Translations under genes and position numbers: made by a program | Notes under the pieces: generated by a model | What the model was told of the DNA's origin: nothing | Databases searched by the model: none | What the model saw: only the letters and a program-made list of their open reading frames with translations | Part shown: in pieces, positions 50,801 through 63,069 of the stretch | How the letters are laid out: every line of letters starts with the position of its first letter | How positions within the stretch are numbered: position 1 is the stretch's first letter | NCBI GenBank assembly: GCA_964255285.1 | Contig: CAXUUL010000021.1 | Span: forward strand, 1 to 63,544 | Source: Ionaspis alba | Lineage: Eukaryota | Reading direction: 5' to 3' | Length of the DNA: 63,544 nucleotides

Positions 50801-53800
50801 TTGGTGAAGGAATAACCGCCGGCAGGCTCGCACATGGATCGGCAACTGCGACTGGCTCTGTATCTGGAGTCTTGCGCTTCTGGCCCATCTTCTTGACCTG
50901 GCTAATTTTTGCTCTGTGTGACTGAGAAGCTCCAAAGTCTTCCAAATCCGTGGGCAATCGATGATCTAGAGTGTTTGTGGGCAGCTCCGAAAGAGGCGTC
51001 TTGTCGAACAGGTCTGTCATTTTCCTCTGCTTGAACCGGTCATCCTTGACATTAATACGTCGCTGTAGCCACTCAGGGTGGACCACCCTAGGAACTGGAT
51101 TTCGAATCTTTTGGAGTGCCGCAGGAATGGTGATGAGCTTTTGGATCACTGAGCCTAGCCGCTCGAGGTAGTAGTCCCAGTCCAGAATTGTCCTCGGATC
51201 CATGTCCCCCGGATCATCACGCATCCATTTTCTAAGGAAATAATGTTTGACTGACTCCTCCGCTGAGAAAATGGCGACTGGTATGGCCCGGTCCGTCACA
51301 GGGGCGTTCTTCGGCTTGGATGCTATTATGTACTTGCAATTCAGTCCTTTATCTTTGGTCATCTGTTCTCCCAAGAACTCGGCCAAACGCTTTGCGGTCG
51401 TAATTGAGGTCGATTTCTGCGCTCCATACTCTTCTAGCGTTTTGGACATACTTCTGTTCTCGCAGATCAGTTCAATGAGCTCTTCGTCTGCAAGAGTAGT
51501 GCCATGTTGATGTAACACGTCAAGCCATTTATTTGATATCTTCGCCACAGCAGCGTACGTTTCCTCGAGAGTAGTGCCTTCGAGAAAGAACTTGAAGATC
51601 TGGGTCTGGAAGATCTTGATGAGCTTGAGTTCTCCTCTTCGTTTGACTTCGAATCCCTTAAGCTCAGCAAGAGTACCGTCATGATTGAATACTGCATAAC
51701 GCTTCTTCAGGTTCCGGTCCTCATCCTTCGACGTTGGGAGTATCATTGCTCTATATGGCCCATCGACTTCGAAGAAGATCGAGTTATCGCTGTGTGTCTC
51801 GTACCTAAATGTCTGAGGATCGACCAGGTCTTGGTATTGATGGTTGGTAAATCTTGCATGAACGAGATGATTGAGCATAACGCAAGGGTAGGAAATTGGC
51901 ATCTTCTTGCCGTTCTTGAGCGTGAAAGCCACGTTTTCTGGGAATGTTGCGGGCAGCATACACCAGATACCGTCAGTATCCAATTCAAGAGGTCTGCCTA
52001 TCCGCTCGACCAACTCTCTTGCCATTTGAATAATATGTGCACCAGTAAGACATGTCACACCAGCCATCTCCATAGAGTACCACCGCGAGCCCTTTCGCAT
52101 GACATAGCCGTAGAAACTATTCAGGATGACCTTGTGAGCAAGTTGAAGCGAATCGAAGAGGACGATCATTTTTTTGGCTTCTTCAATCTCTGATGCTGTG
52201 GCACCAGCAGCTTTCAAGCTTTCCGTCTTGCCTTTCCATACTTTCTGCTTGCCCTTGAAATCATATCGCCGGTCCCGAAAGTCCTTTACGGTGTCAACGT
52301 AGAATGGATTCTCTCGCTGACAGATGATGGCCTCTCGTTCGATTGTTTTCGTCTCGTGTATTTTGTGATAGATCTTCTTACTGTAATCTTGCAATCGCTT
52401 CTTGACCATGCTAGCTTGTTCGTCTACACTGAGATCCTGGAACGAACGAGCCAAGCTGTTGGCGTATCTTCCGGGAACCTTTTCATTCTCCAGGGCATGT
52501 CGAATCATGTTGTACTCGTTCTTCTGAGCCGGAAGAAACTCACCTCTCCATGACCATGGCATTCGTCGATCACAAGTCTTCCCAGGTCTGTTGAAGTCAC
52601 AGGCTGCACAGTCCGATTCTTTAATCATAGAGTCTGGCTGTAAACGATTAGTGGTCATGATGTTGGGGTACATGGAGGCGACATCCAGATGGTAGATTGA
52701 TGGTTTCTCGTGACGATTGGGGTTGTTCTTAAGATTTTCAAGCTTCTCAACGATTTGTGCCTTCACTTCGTCATAATTCGTAATATCGTCCAGTGATTTT
52801 TTCTCCTCCACCATGATACTAAATCGGAGAGCCGCATCAAGATCTCTTACAAGCTCGTCGATCGCAGTAGTGTCTAACACAAAATTCACCGGTATGTCGG
52901 ATCGAAAGACACCAGCCTCGATACTCTCGACATGGCCTCCCACATAAGTCTCTGATTCCAGCAGATGACCTTCCCAGAAAGTTTCCTTGGGTTCTTTGTG
53001 CTTGTTGGGCAAGACGATGCGCTTCTGGTATGCTTGGACCATGAGAAGCATCTCACAAAGTGTGCCAGTTCCTTTCCGTAGTGTGTCATCTGGATTTAGA
53101 GGAATGATTGTACAAAGTGAAAATATGAATGGATGTACATATTTCATGTAGAGATAGTACGTCGCCACAGCGTCAGAAACAGAGTATTCTGCGAGTATCT
53201 GAGGACGTTCGATTGCATATGGTGTCATGAGCTCCGGATCCAACTCGTCCGGGTCGTAGCCCAACTTCGCGACTGTGACTGCCTTGAGACCTCGACTGCC
53301 CTGAGGTAAATAGCTGTCGCGACTGACCCAACTGAAGCAATCCATGTGTACGCAGTAGTTGCTCTGGTATATGTCTTCACTGTTCTTTCGAAACCCGATT
53401 TCTCGGTACATATCGATCCCAAGCACGCTCGCTCTTGCTTCTATAAACGGCCAGTCGAAGAAATCTCCGTTGTAGGTGGCAATGACCGTGGGCTTACACT
53501 CTTTGATATGCAGAAAGAAACGCTCTAAGACTGCTTTCTCGTCTGGTTCGTTGAAAATCATGAATGGTCCGTCATATTCAGGTTTTGGGGTATAGTCGAA
53601 GTCTGAAATATCTTCAGACACTATTTCCCGATTCGTAATAAGGAAGCCCTGGCCGTCGATCATATAAGATATCATCATAACTTGGTCGATGACAGCATCC
53701 GGGAATTTCAGGGGTAATTTGGTAGTTTCGATGTCGAAAGCCAGAACCACTGGATCTGCACGCTGTAATCGCTCTTCAAGGCATGTAAGACTGACAACGC

Positions 53801-54694
53801 CGTGTTTTGCCTCTACCGTATACCATTTCCCGATCCGTATATCTGCAGGTCTCAGTATTTCGGAGATGACGTATCGAGCACGACAGGTTCACTGACCTTT
53901 ATCAATCGCAACCCGCACATGGTATGGTACATCGTACTCTCGAATATCAACAATGAAATCACTCGCATCTTTTACGCCATTTCCTCGTCTATCGTCGTCA
54001 CGGTCATCATCGTAAAAGTCGAACCCGGTATTAGCGCTGCCAAAACTGTCAGTCCCTCGCTAATCATTGGACAATGTAATGCCTACCTCGCAACCTCAGC
54101 ATATGTATCCATTGCATCCATCCTTCCCCTGTTCTTATCCGCAATTGGCATGATCACCTTCCTCGCACCCAAAAGATCTCCCACGTTCCAAAAAACAAGT
54201 TGCAAAAACCCCCTCCGGTATCCCAAGAGGTGATTTGGCATCTGCAAATCTTCTTTCTCCACCCTCTTCACAGTCTTGACAGCCTCGCATGATCTCCGAC
54301 ACCACTCCTCAACCTCGGCTTCCCGTCCTCTCCGGACGGCAATCAAGAAGTACGGCTCGTATTCCACCGTGGCCTTGAAACTCCCACCATCATCTTCGAG
54401 GAAATAGTAGTCGACCGCTGCCCGACCACCGGGCACTTTCCCATCCTCGATACTCGTGCTGTGCATGTTGCATAGCCAGCCGACCTTCTTCTTCCCGGAG
54501 TAATAGCGTGCGAATCCCATGCGCTCATCAATTGAGTGCGCCAAGCGTGTGGCTTCCAGTCTCTCATCTTGAGAGGTAGCTTCGTTTGCACGGAGTGAGG
54601 ATGCATCGATCGTCTTGGTCTTTCGAGGATTGAAAGAGGGTTTGGCCGAACGAAAATTGCGGCCACGGCTTCTGTCTGCCTTCCGGGTTGGCAT
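47868..54694 (-). CDS. POL2: DNA polymerase epsilon catalytic subunit; exons 54694-54087, 54036-53897, 53842-47868
   Basis: Exo I FDIETTKLPLKFPD, motif A LDVASMYPNIM, CAAC...C Fe-S motif, KVILNSFYGY, ELDTDG, and C-terminal CysA/CysB motifs. Confidence 0.98.
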
Positions 54695-54883
54695 AATGGT
54701 TGGGGCAGGGCGAGTCGTGTTGGAGTAGGGGCAGAATCAGAGTAAAGGCTCATGGCAGTGGTAGAGATGGCGAAAGAGCATCCATTACTCCCGCATTGCA
54801 GCTTTGCCCTTGCCAATGACTTTCGAAGCTGTAGTCTCTGATGTTCGGGAGAGATGAGAAACCACTTTAGGTCTTAAAGTTTG

Positions 54884-54911
54884 ACGCGTTGCGACGCGTA
54901 CATTTCACGTG
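54884..54911. promoter_or_regulatory. Two MluI cell-cycle boxes (ACGCGT at 54884-54889 and 54894-54899) and an adjacent CACGTG (54906-54911) upstream of POL2
   Basis: Sequence TTGACGCGTTGCGACGCGTACATTTCACGTG lies about 190 bp 5' of the POL2 ATG. MCB boxes are established G1/S MBF sites in fungal replication genes. Confidence 0.75.
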
Positions 54912-56729
54912 CCTTCTCCGCTTGCATGGTAAATGCTTGGCGTTGGTGTTTCCGGTCCTAGCTTATAATCAGGTATAATGTAGTATTCATCGGAACCATC
55001 ATATACAAGGAACGAGCGTATCCGGCTGGAAGTGTCGTCGGTCCTTTAGTTCTATACAAGAGCCGTCTGGGACGTCCCTATAGAACATTGGAACAGTGAC
55101 GCTTGCAACCTGACCTCACAAGCCAGTGCCCGGAACTAGAGACCTGTACTCCAAAGGTACTATCTCGTCGATGATCCTCTTGATTCCTGAGTTGGTATAC
55201 CTGAGCTACTACCTTTAAGGCTCATTTACGACACATTGTATAACCTCTGCGCCGGTCGCGCTCAAGACCCAATCGAACGTAGACAAGAAATCATGCCGCT
55301 TCGTGCGCCAATGATCATCAGTAGAGACCGCCTAGGCTGGCATGACGCATTGGTTTTTGGCGCGAATTTTCTTCAATTCTTCAGGCGTATCAACGGGGAG
55401 AAGTCGGGCATGGACTTAAATGTCAAGACAGAGGACGGAGCAAATGCATTCGAAGAATATTTGGGTCGAAATGAAGGATATAAGCTGGTCAATACCTAAC
55501 AGCTACGCAGTGGCTGGCCTCGTATGGGCAACCGGGCTTTCTCTGACTATGAATGCTTGTACTTTTTGGTGCAGTCTCTGCTTAATGCAACGTACCACCG
55601 ACATGCCCACGGCCAATGCAGGGTTTCCAAGGTTGGAGTCGCTTGGACATTCGGACTACCTCATTCTGAGGGTCTTACATCTTGGCGTTGTTGAAAACAT
55701 ATCGTTGATCCGTCAGATGCGAGAGAGGAGGTCAAGAAGTTTCGATGCGATGATTGCACATGACGTGGATGAAATTGCTTGAAGAATGGAAACTTCGTAG
55801 GCGACCTGGATTAACGACATTCGCTCAACATCAGCGTTCGGCCGCGCCTTGTGATTCAGTGACCCATCCTCTGAGACACCCCAAACCAAGGCCCCTAACA
55901 CTTAAGCTGTACCCATCACCTTTTCATCAGGTTGCCGAAATTGAACGACTAGCTCGGCCCCGAGATCGAGCGCTACAAGCGCCAATTCCTACCAGAACCA
56001 TAGATCGATATCGAGAGTAAAGGCTTGGATAACGCTCCAGCGTCAGTCCAGGACCTGTAATCGAAATGCAGCCAACGTGTTGGCTGTATCCTTGTCACGA
56101 TCTTGCATGGACTCTAAGCGTCGACTTCCTGTCATTTCACGAGGAGCAGACGTGCAAAATCGGGTGGAGCGGGTGGTAGTCGAAACAAGAGTGGAAACGA
56201 TGCTTACCGTCGGCAGGCATCCCGAGTACTTTCGCCTCAAACATTTGCCAACCACCATCAGCCAGATCAGTTACCCTCCCACCTTCCTCTAACCATAGCA
56301 TCGAGAACGGAGTATTTCTCCCAATGAGAAGTTCAAGAAGCAGTCCCTCTTATTTATGAGAAACTCCGCTCTGGGTCAGGATCGTGGGAGATGGCTCGCC
56401 TGCTCTGTGCTTGAAGACAAATGGAGTCTATCACCGTGCGCGACCAATGTTATCTTCCTTCTGACTCGGCGTCAAGCACCCAGGTGATCTGCCGATGCCA
56501 ATATCGGCTGTCCGGAGTCGGTCTAGGATCATAGCTTTGATGGCGGGAAGTCATCTACAATAGAAAAAGACCACATATATGACCTCCTCCTTGATCTGCT
56601 TTTCTCTCCCTCAGCACAGTCCTTTCCGCCCCAGGGTATCAGCCTGCCGTATTGTATAGTCTGTTGTTTGTTTATTCCATTCTTTCGTTCTTTACACTCG
56701 CTTCGGTAAATCTACTAGTTTTTCCAACC

Positions 56730-57794
56730 ATGTTTACCAATACTCTCTTTTTCGTCTGCTTAGTTCAGACTTCTTTTGCACTTGTAGCCCCACGCAACCC
56801 CCTTCCGCAGGCTGTGCCTCTCGATCCAAAGGCTCCAGGATTGTTCAGCAATGGCGCTCCTATCCTTACCGGCGAGCCTGATATGACCACCAATATTCCG
56901 TCAGATATTTATGGAGTTCGTCCTGTGGATATCCCGTTCAACCGGCTCTACCATGGTGACCTGAACTTCTTCAGTGCTGGCCAACTCAACACTCCCACCG
57001 GAAAAACGGATGCCTGGGGCTCTAAGAATGATAACGCCAACCAAAGCGCTTGTGGGATTCCTGACAACGCGTATTTCATCTCCAAGGTTGCAATCCATCC
57101 GTATTTTCTCAAATATGCAGATCTTAATCGTGAGTAGATCCATATCTCTTTACCTTGTTGATAGAAGAGAAAAAGCAGTTGTAACCTGTGATAGGCTACT
57201 GCATGCAGGACGTCTGCATCTCCTTCTGGAGGGAGGACGGAAAGTCCGACATGATCCTCAAAGTAACCGACATCTGCAGCACCGATCCAAACGATCCAAC
57301 ACACTGTGCCACCCCTGCCGACATCAAGATCGATAGAAACAAGGCAAATGTAATGGAACTCATTCAAAACGAAGCTGATCCTCGACTTACGGGTCCCAAA
57401 TACCCTGAGAAAGTCTGGTGGTTCTTTACCAAATGTTGGGCAGATGTGAGTCTCCAACCTCCATTTCATCCTAAGTGCTTTCACTCAAATAATCGTTCAG
57501 GGCCTTGCTCAGCCTGCGTATCAAGGCAACAACTGGTTTACCGACCCACCCCTTCCTAACAACCTCGAGTGGTCCCAATCCACAGCCACGGCACAATACA
57601 AGAACAATCAAATCGCCTACAAGGCCCGTGGCTGGCCCACCTATCCCGATGGAGGCTACAATACCGAGCGTGATGCCATCACCTCGCCTCCAATTACAGA
57701 CTGGATACCGGGACGAGAGCCAGCCTGGAACCCGATTGCTGGAGGGCGAGGTTGGGGATTACCAAATGTCGACGATCAGAGTTGCTCCTCCTAG
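56730..57794 (+). CDS. Secreted RlpA-like double-psi beta-barrel (expansin/loosenin-like) protein; exons 56730-57129, 57195-57445, 57501-57794
   Basis: Signal peptide MFTNTLFFVCLVQTSFA; DPBB-like pattern QSACG...VAI...C...VTDIC...C...IKID. Two GT-AG introns keep the frame to TAG at 57792-57794. Confidence 0.7.
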
Positions 57795-58638
57795 TCTTCC
57801 TCTTAGCTGCAGGTAGAGCTAGGGCAGCTGTGCTGTTTTTTACGTTCTCTGTATGTATAAATATGCCATTACTTTGCTCCTCCGAAAAGCCAGAACTGGA
57901 AGAAGGTGATGAAGAAGCTGCAGACGCATGAGAACCTGCATGTGCGCTAAGTCGAGACGCGTTCTGTGCAGCTGTTTCCCCTGCATTTGATACAGATGAA
58001 TGGTTAGTGCGGCTGGTCCTGCCGTGCGAATACTCAAGCTTCTCTCAAGGTCGTCCTTGGAAAAATCCTTGTCGTAAATTCCCTGTGCGGTAACACATTC
58101 CCTCACTATAATTACTCAGTTTTGCCTTCCCCCACATCCGCGATGTTCTGCATCTTGTTAGATCGCTTTCCCTAAGACAGTTTTCGCGATCACTATTATC
58201 GGACTCCCCATGACACCATGCTGCTCATAGCCTGGCACAGATACCCTGATGATGTCAGTTGTTCCTGTCTCTGCATCCCGTTACCTTTATCTCGCCTCCA
58301 GCGATGAAGCCTTTATTCTACCTACTACGCGATCCGTTGACCTGTCACTGCTAAGCAGTTCTCACATGGTAAGGTGAGTAGTAAGCGGACGGCTTCGAAG
58401 CTTTGGAGACAAACTCCGTGGCTTCTATCAACCGCCGCATCTCCGTATTACAGTAACTCCTTCCATCTCCCGCATAGAAGAGCGGATGAATGGTGGTAAC
58501 GGTCTTTCAGCTCCCCACCACGACCAATGTGATGGATAGATAGTTATAAGGACGCTCTACTCCATGAGATATGAGACCACATCAAAGGCTTGATGGTCTA
58601 GAAAGTCTATATCATCTCATTCCTGTACCATCATAGTC

Positions 58639-60600
58639 TCACCTCCTCGGCATGCCCCTCCCTCTCCCCCTCAAAGCCCTTTGCGCAGCCCCAGGCGGTA
58701 ACCCTCTCTGCGGCGCCTGCGGCTGCTCACTTGCTTCGTTCCTAACCGTCTCATCGACACTCAAAATCAAACATGTCGCCTCTACAGCCGCCTGAATAGC
58801 ATTAACCTTGACCAGACTCGGTTCCCAGACGAAAGCCTTCATGTTGTCTCTCACGCCCTCATTATCAAAGTCGACACCTGCCCAGATATTGCCCTTGCGG
58901 TGCTCGACGCGTAGCCGGTTGAGGATGTCGGTGGCGTCGTAGCCGGCGTTGTCGCAGAGTTGGCGGGGGATGATCTCGAGGGCTTTAGCGAAGGATTTGA
59001 TGATGGCTTGTTGTTTGTGCGGGATGTTTTTGTCGGCGTAGTGGTGGAGGTAGGCGGAGATTTCAATCTAGCGAATTTTTAGTCTGTGAGGAATATGGGC
59101 GGAAGAGGAAATGGCGATTAGAATACCTCGCAAGCACCACCACCAGCCACGATGTTGTTGTTCCGAATCGCTCTTTTGACGATCATGATTGCATCGTGCA
59201 GACTTCGTTCCACCTCTGCGATGAACTGCTCTGCACCTCCTCGTAGGACGAGCGTGCAGGTTTTGGCTGCTGGACACCCCTCGAAAAAGTTGAAGCGCTC
59301 GCCTCCGATCTGCTTCTCTTCGAAGCGCTCGCAGGTCCCGAGATGCTGAGGCTGGATGTCGGAGCAGGTGGAGGAGATGCTCCCCCCGCACGCTTGCACG
59401 ACGCGCTCGAGGTCGTCAGAGGAGACGCGGCCGGCGCAGAAGACGTCTCGGTCTGCGAAGTACCTGTAGAGGAGTCAGACCGAGAAGTTTCGCCGAGAAA
59501 TGTAGCACGCAGTCACTTACTGCGTCGCCAAGTCTCCTATTGGTAATTTACTCAAAACAACCTTCGCGCCGGTCTTGTACAACGCCTCCATCTTGTTATA
59601 GATGATCTGCCACTCTGCATCGACAATAGCTTGGTATTCCGAGACCTGCTCCACCCTGACCTCGGCGTTGTCCTTTTCACTCTTCAACTCCAACTCTACA
59701 TTTAGACAGACAATCTTCGGATTTTTGAAACTCTTTGGTTGTTGCTCGAATCCAGCGTACGAAAAGGTCTTCTTGAACGCTACCCCGTTGACGAAAAGCG
59801 AATCTTGTAGCGCACCACCGGTGATCTTCTTTATCCCTATCAACTTCTCGTTCAGATCGTCCTGGTCTAACGAGAGTACTGCGTCCACGACCACTACATG
59901 CCCATGTCAGCGATTTGTCTTGTGCAACTTCACGCTTATGTTAGAAGCCTACTCTTGGTAAAGAAATCCGCATTCCGATGTATCAATTTGCTGCTCATAG
60001 CTGTAGCTGCTAATCTCCTTAACGTCTCTCTCTTGTTGCCCTCATTAGTATTGACAGCGATCTCCTTGATCTTGTTCACGGCCATTGAAGATGCTCTTCG
60101 TAGACCTTTGATGATTGTCTGCGAGCTCACACCGTTTTCGACATGGTCTTTGACTTCTTTGAGGATCTCTCCAGCGAGAACAACGACCGAAGTAGTACCA
60201 TCTCCAACTTCCGCGTCTTGGGACCGAGCGATATCAGTGAGGATGCGAGCGGCGGGATGGACAATGTCGAGGAGCTGTATGGCATCAAGTCAGCCGAGTG
60301 GGTATAGTGGGCAGATAGGCCTAGAGCGACCTTCATGACAGTAGCACCATCATTCGTTATTGTCTGTCTGCCATTTGCATCTACCAACAGCAGATCTCCA
60401 CCATAAGGCCCCAGCGTACTCCGTATCGTCGCTTGAACTGCCAAACAGGCATTGATGTTCGAGAGGACTTGGCCTTTTCCTTGAGATGAATCGGTACCTG
60501 TCGACCACGTTAGCGGATCACCTCAAATTCATTCAGAGTGTTGGGGTATCAGACCCTCTTTCAACACAATGATAGTCGGAGTTTGTCCGCCGAAAGACAT
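58639..60600 (-). CDS. CCT7: Chaperonin CCT/TRiC subunit eta, five introns
   Basis: [96 protein letters not shown]. Confidence 0.97.
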
Positions 60601-61748
60601 TTTTGGGCGAAAGCTTCACAGGTTGGATCTTAGTGGGAGTCTCGCTGATTTATCACTCTGTGGGGAATATCCCTCCCTAATATTGTGAATTCGTGTCGTC
60701 GTAGCGGGGTTGATCATAGTATGGGGTATTTTTGGAGTTCTACATCACACGGAGCTTTAGCACTCTAGAGCTCGAAAATAAAGTGCTAGGGCGATGGACG
60801 CGTTACGCTCCAACCAATCGGAACAGGTACGACGTGGTGTAGGGCTGGTAGTACTGGAAGTCTTTTAGTGCTCGACGACTTGAGATATATTAATACATGG
60901 TCTCAGAGGTCGGATTGCTCTGCACAGTAACATCATTTCAGGAGGGTTCAGTATAGTCCAAGTTGGGTACATCGTTGTTGTCATCAACTTTCGCCGTGTG
61001 TATCACCGTAGCTCATCGCTCACTTCAATAGGATTTTTGTCCATGGAGCTGACAAGGTTCAATGCCAAGGCTTTATGATGAACTGTGAGCACATTTTATA
61101 AGCGCTCATTGATCTTCATAGTATCTCAAAATTTAGAAATCTTTTTTCATCGCTATTTATGGAATATCATTGATGAATAAAATCTCGACCTGTTAGATTT
61201 ATTTGTTTGGTATTGGGAATTTGAAGGACGCGATGGAGAAGTGTAAAAATCTCGCCGGCGTGACCTTATGAGCTGGCAATTCTGACTTGCAGTGAGAACA
61301 CATTTCTGGGGACAATGAATAGGGCAGCATTATGTTATATGACTGCGTCATCTAGTCCGTCCGTAGGGAGGGCAAATTCGGACAATTTCTGGACAAATGA
61401 GATCACATATATAACAACACAGTACAGGTAGTGTCTACGACTTTCTTTCCATTGGGTTCTCCAGATGCTCTTAAACTCTGTGACTCTTGTAAACAGATGT
61501 TGTTCCAGTGACGAACTTAACTACGATCTCATATGCCAAGAAGCATCGGGACGAGAATGCTTGCATTCTTGGCAGAGCAAAGAAAAGCTTGGTATTGGCA
61601 ATATACTTTTTTTCAGACAAGCACGGTTTGTTCAGACTCATCTATTGATCAATAAAACCTGTTCGAGGGCACGGAGTATGATGCGATGACTCGTGGATCT
61701 GTTTCACGTGGCCAAGGAGCAAATTCCGGCCATGAACCACGGCTTGGA

Positions 61749-61779
61749 AATGGCTTGATTCTGATTGGCTCTGTCCAAT
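61749..61779 (-). promoter_or_regulatory. Opposed CCAAT boxes upstream of CCC1, one matching the CBC/HapX bipartite CSAAT-N12-RWT motif
   Basis: Minus strand 61768-61749 reads CCAAT-CAGAATCAAGCC-ATT. A second CCAAT lies on the plus strand at 61775-61779. Both are about 320 bp 5' of the CCC1 ATG. Confidence 0.55.
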
Positions 61780-62092
61780 CTGTATAAACATGGAACGCTT
61801 GTGTCATTGACTCTCATCCCATCTATTATGGACCTGCCCTCCACTATATAACCTCCATCCATGATCTGTACCATTTCTTCTGGGAGCTCGTCTATCATTC
61901 TCGGCAATGCGATCACAGACACGCGTTGCGCACTTTTTCCTTCCCTCTACCGCGACTGATAGCATTGGCGAAACCCTCATATAATCTTATTTCATCTCCT
62001 TCCTTCTTGTCAGCCGCGAACCACTGTTCCACCCTCCCTTGAGACTGAACGTCAACTTTCGTTTCCGGCCTCAGCGCCTCGATTTGCATACG

Positions 62093-63069
62093 ATGGCAGC
62101 TCCACCTCCCAATCAGCCCTTCCCGTCCGAACCGCCCATCGAGCTCCGTCATCGCCCCACAAACCAACGCACCAAATCCGGCCGCTCCTTCCGTGAAAGA
62201 ACCCATGCCTCAAGTGAGAAGCACTCCAACTCCAGCGAAATCATTCACGACGCCATCATCGGTTTCGCAGATGGCTTGACTGTACCTTTCGCCTTAACGG
62301 CCGGCCTATCCTCCCTTGGCAGCGCGAAGCTGGTTATCATTGGTGGACTTGCGGAGTTGTTCAGTGGAGCCATCAGCATGGGTTTGGGCGCGTATTTGGC
62401 GGCCGTGACGGATAGAGACCACTACATTAGCGAAGAGAAAAGGGAACGCGACGAGGTGAAGGAGAAGCCAGACGCGGAGAGGGAAGAGATATCAGAGATT
62501 CTGGAAGGATACGGGATCGGCAGGGATGCGAGTCAGGCTGTGATCCGGGACTTGTGCAAAGATGAAGAAAACTGGATTAGGGTATGTTTTGCTACGAACG
62601 AGCAGTGGTAAAGTTGATCACGTTGATGATGTAGCTGATATGTGGATGGTAGTTCATGATGGATTTCGAGCTCAAACTTGAGAAACCGAATGTCTCGAGG
62701 GCATGGATCTCGGCGGCGACTATGGGTGCTGCTTACTTCATCGGTACTTTCCCCTCCAGCCTCTATCAAGACGAGTCCACGAACTGATTTTCTTACCTCC
62801 TAGGTGGTTTGATTCCTATGATACCCTACTTCGCAATGACGAATGTCACTCACGCACTGTTCGTGTCCATTGCCATCACTTTCGTTGTTCTACTCGTGTT
62901 CGGATTCGTCAAGAACTATATCACGATCAAGACCAAGCGGGCGGGCGTATATGGCGCATTGCAGACGCTTTTTATTGGTACTTTGGCGGCGGGTATAAGT
63001 TATGGAATTGTGAGAGGCATCAATAGTAGTAACATTGCTGGAGGGACTGGAGGGTCCGGGGCCGCTTGA
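62093..63069 (+). CDS. CCC1: Vacuolar iron/manganese transporter, VIT1/CCC1 family; exons 62093-62581, 62653-62743, 62804-63069
   Basis: DAIIGFADGLTVPFALTAGLSSLG, GLAELFSGAISMGLGAYL, FMMDFELKLEKP, and GGLIPMIPYF. Confidence 0.95.
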
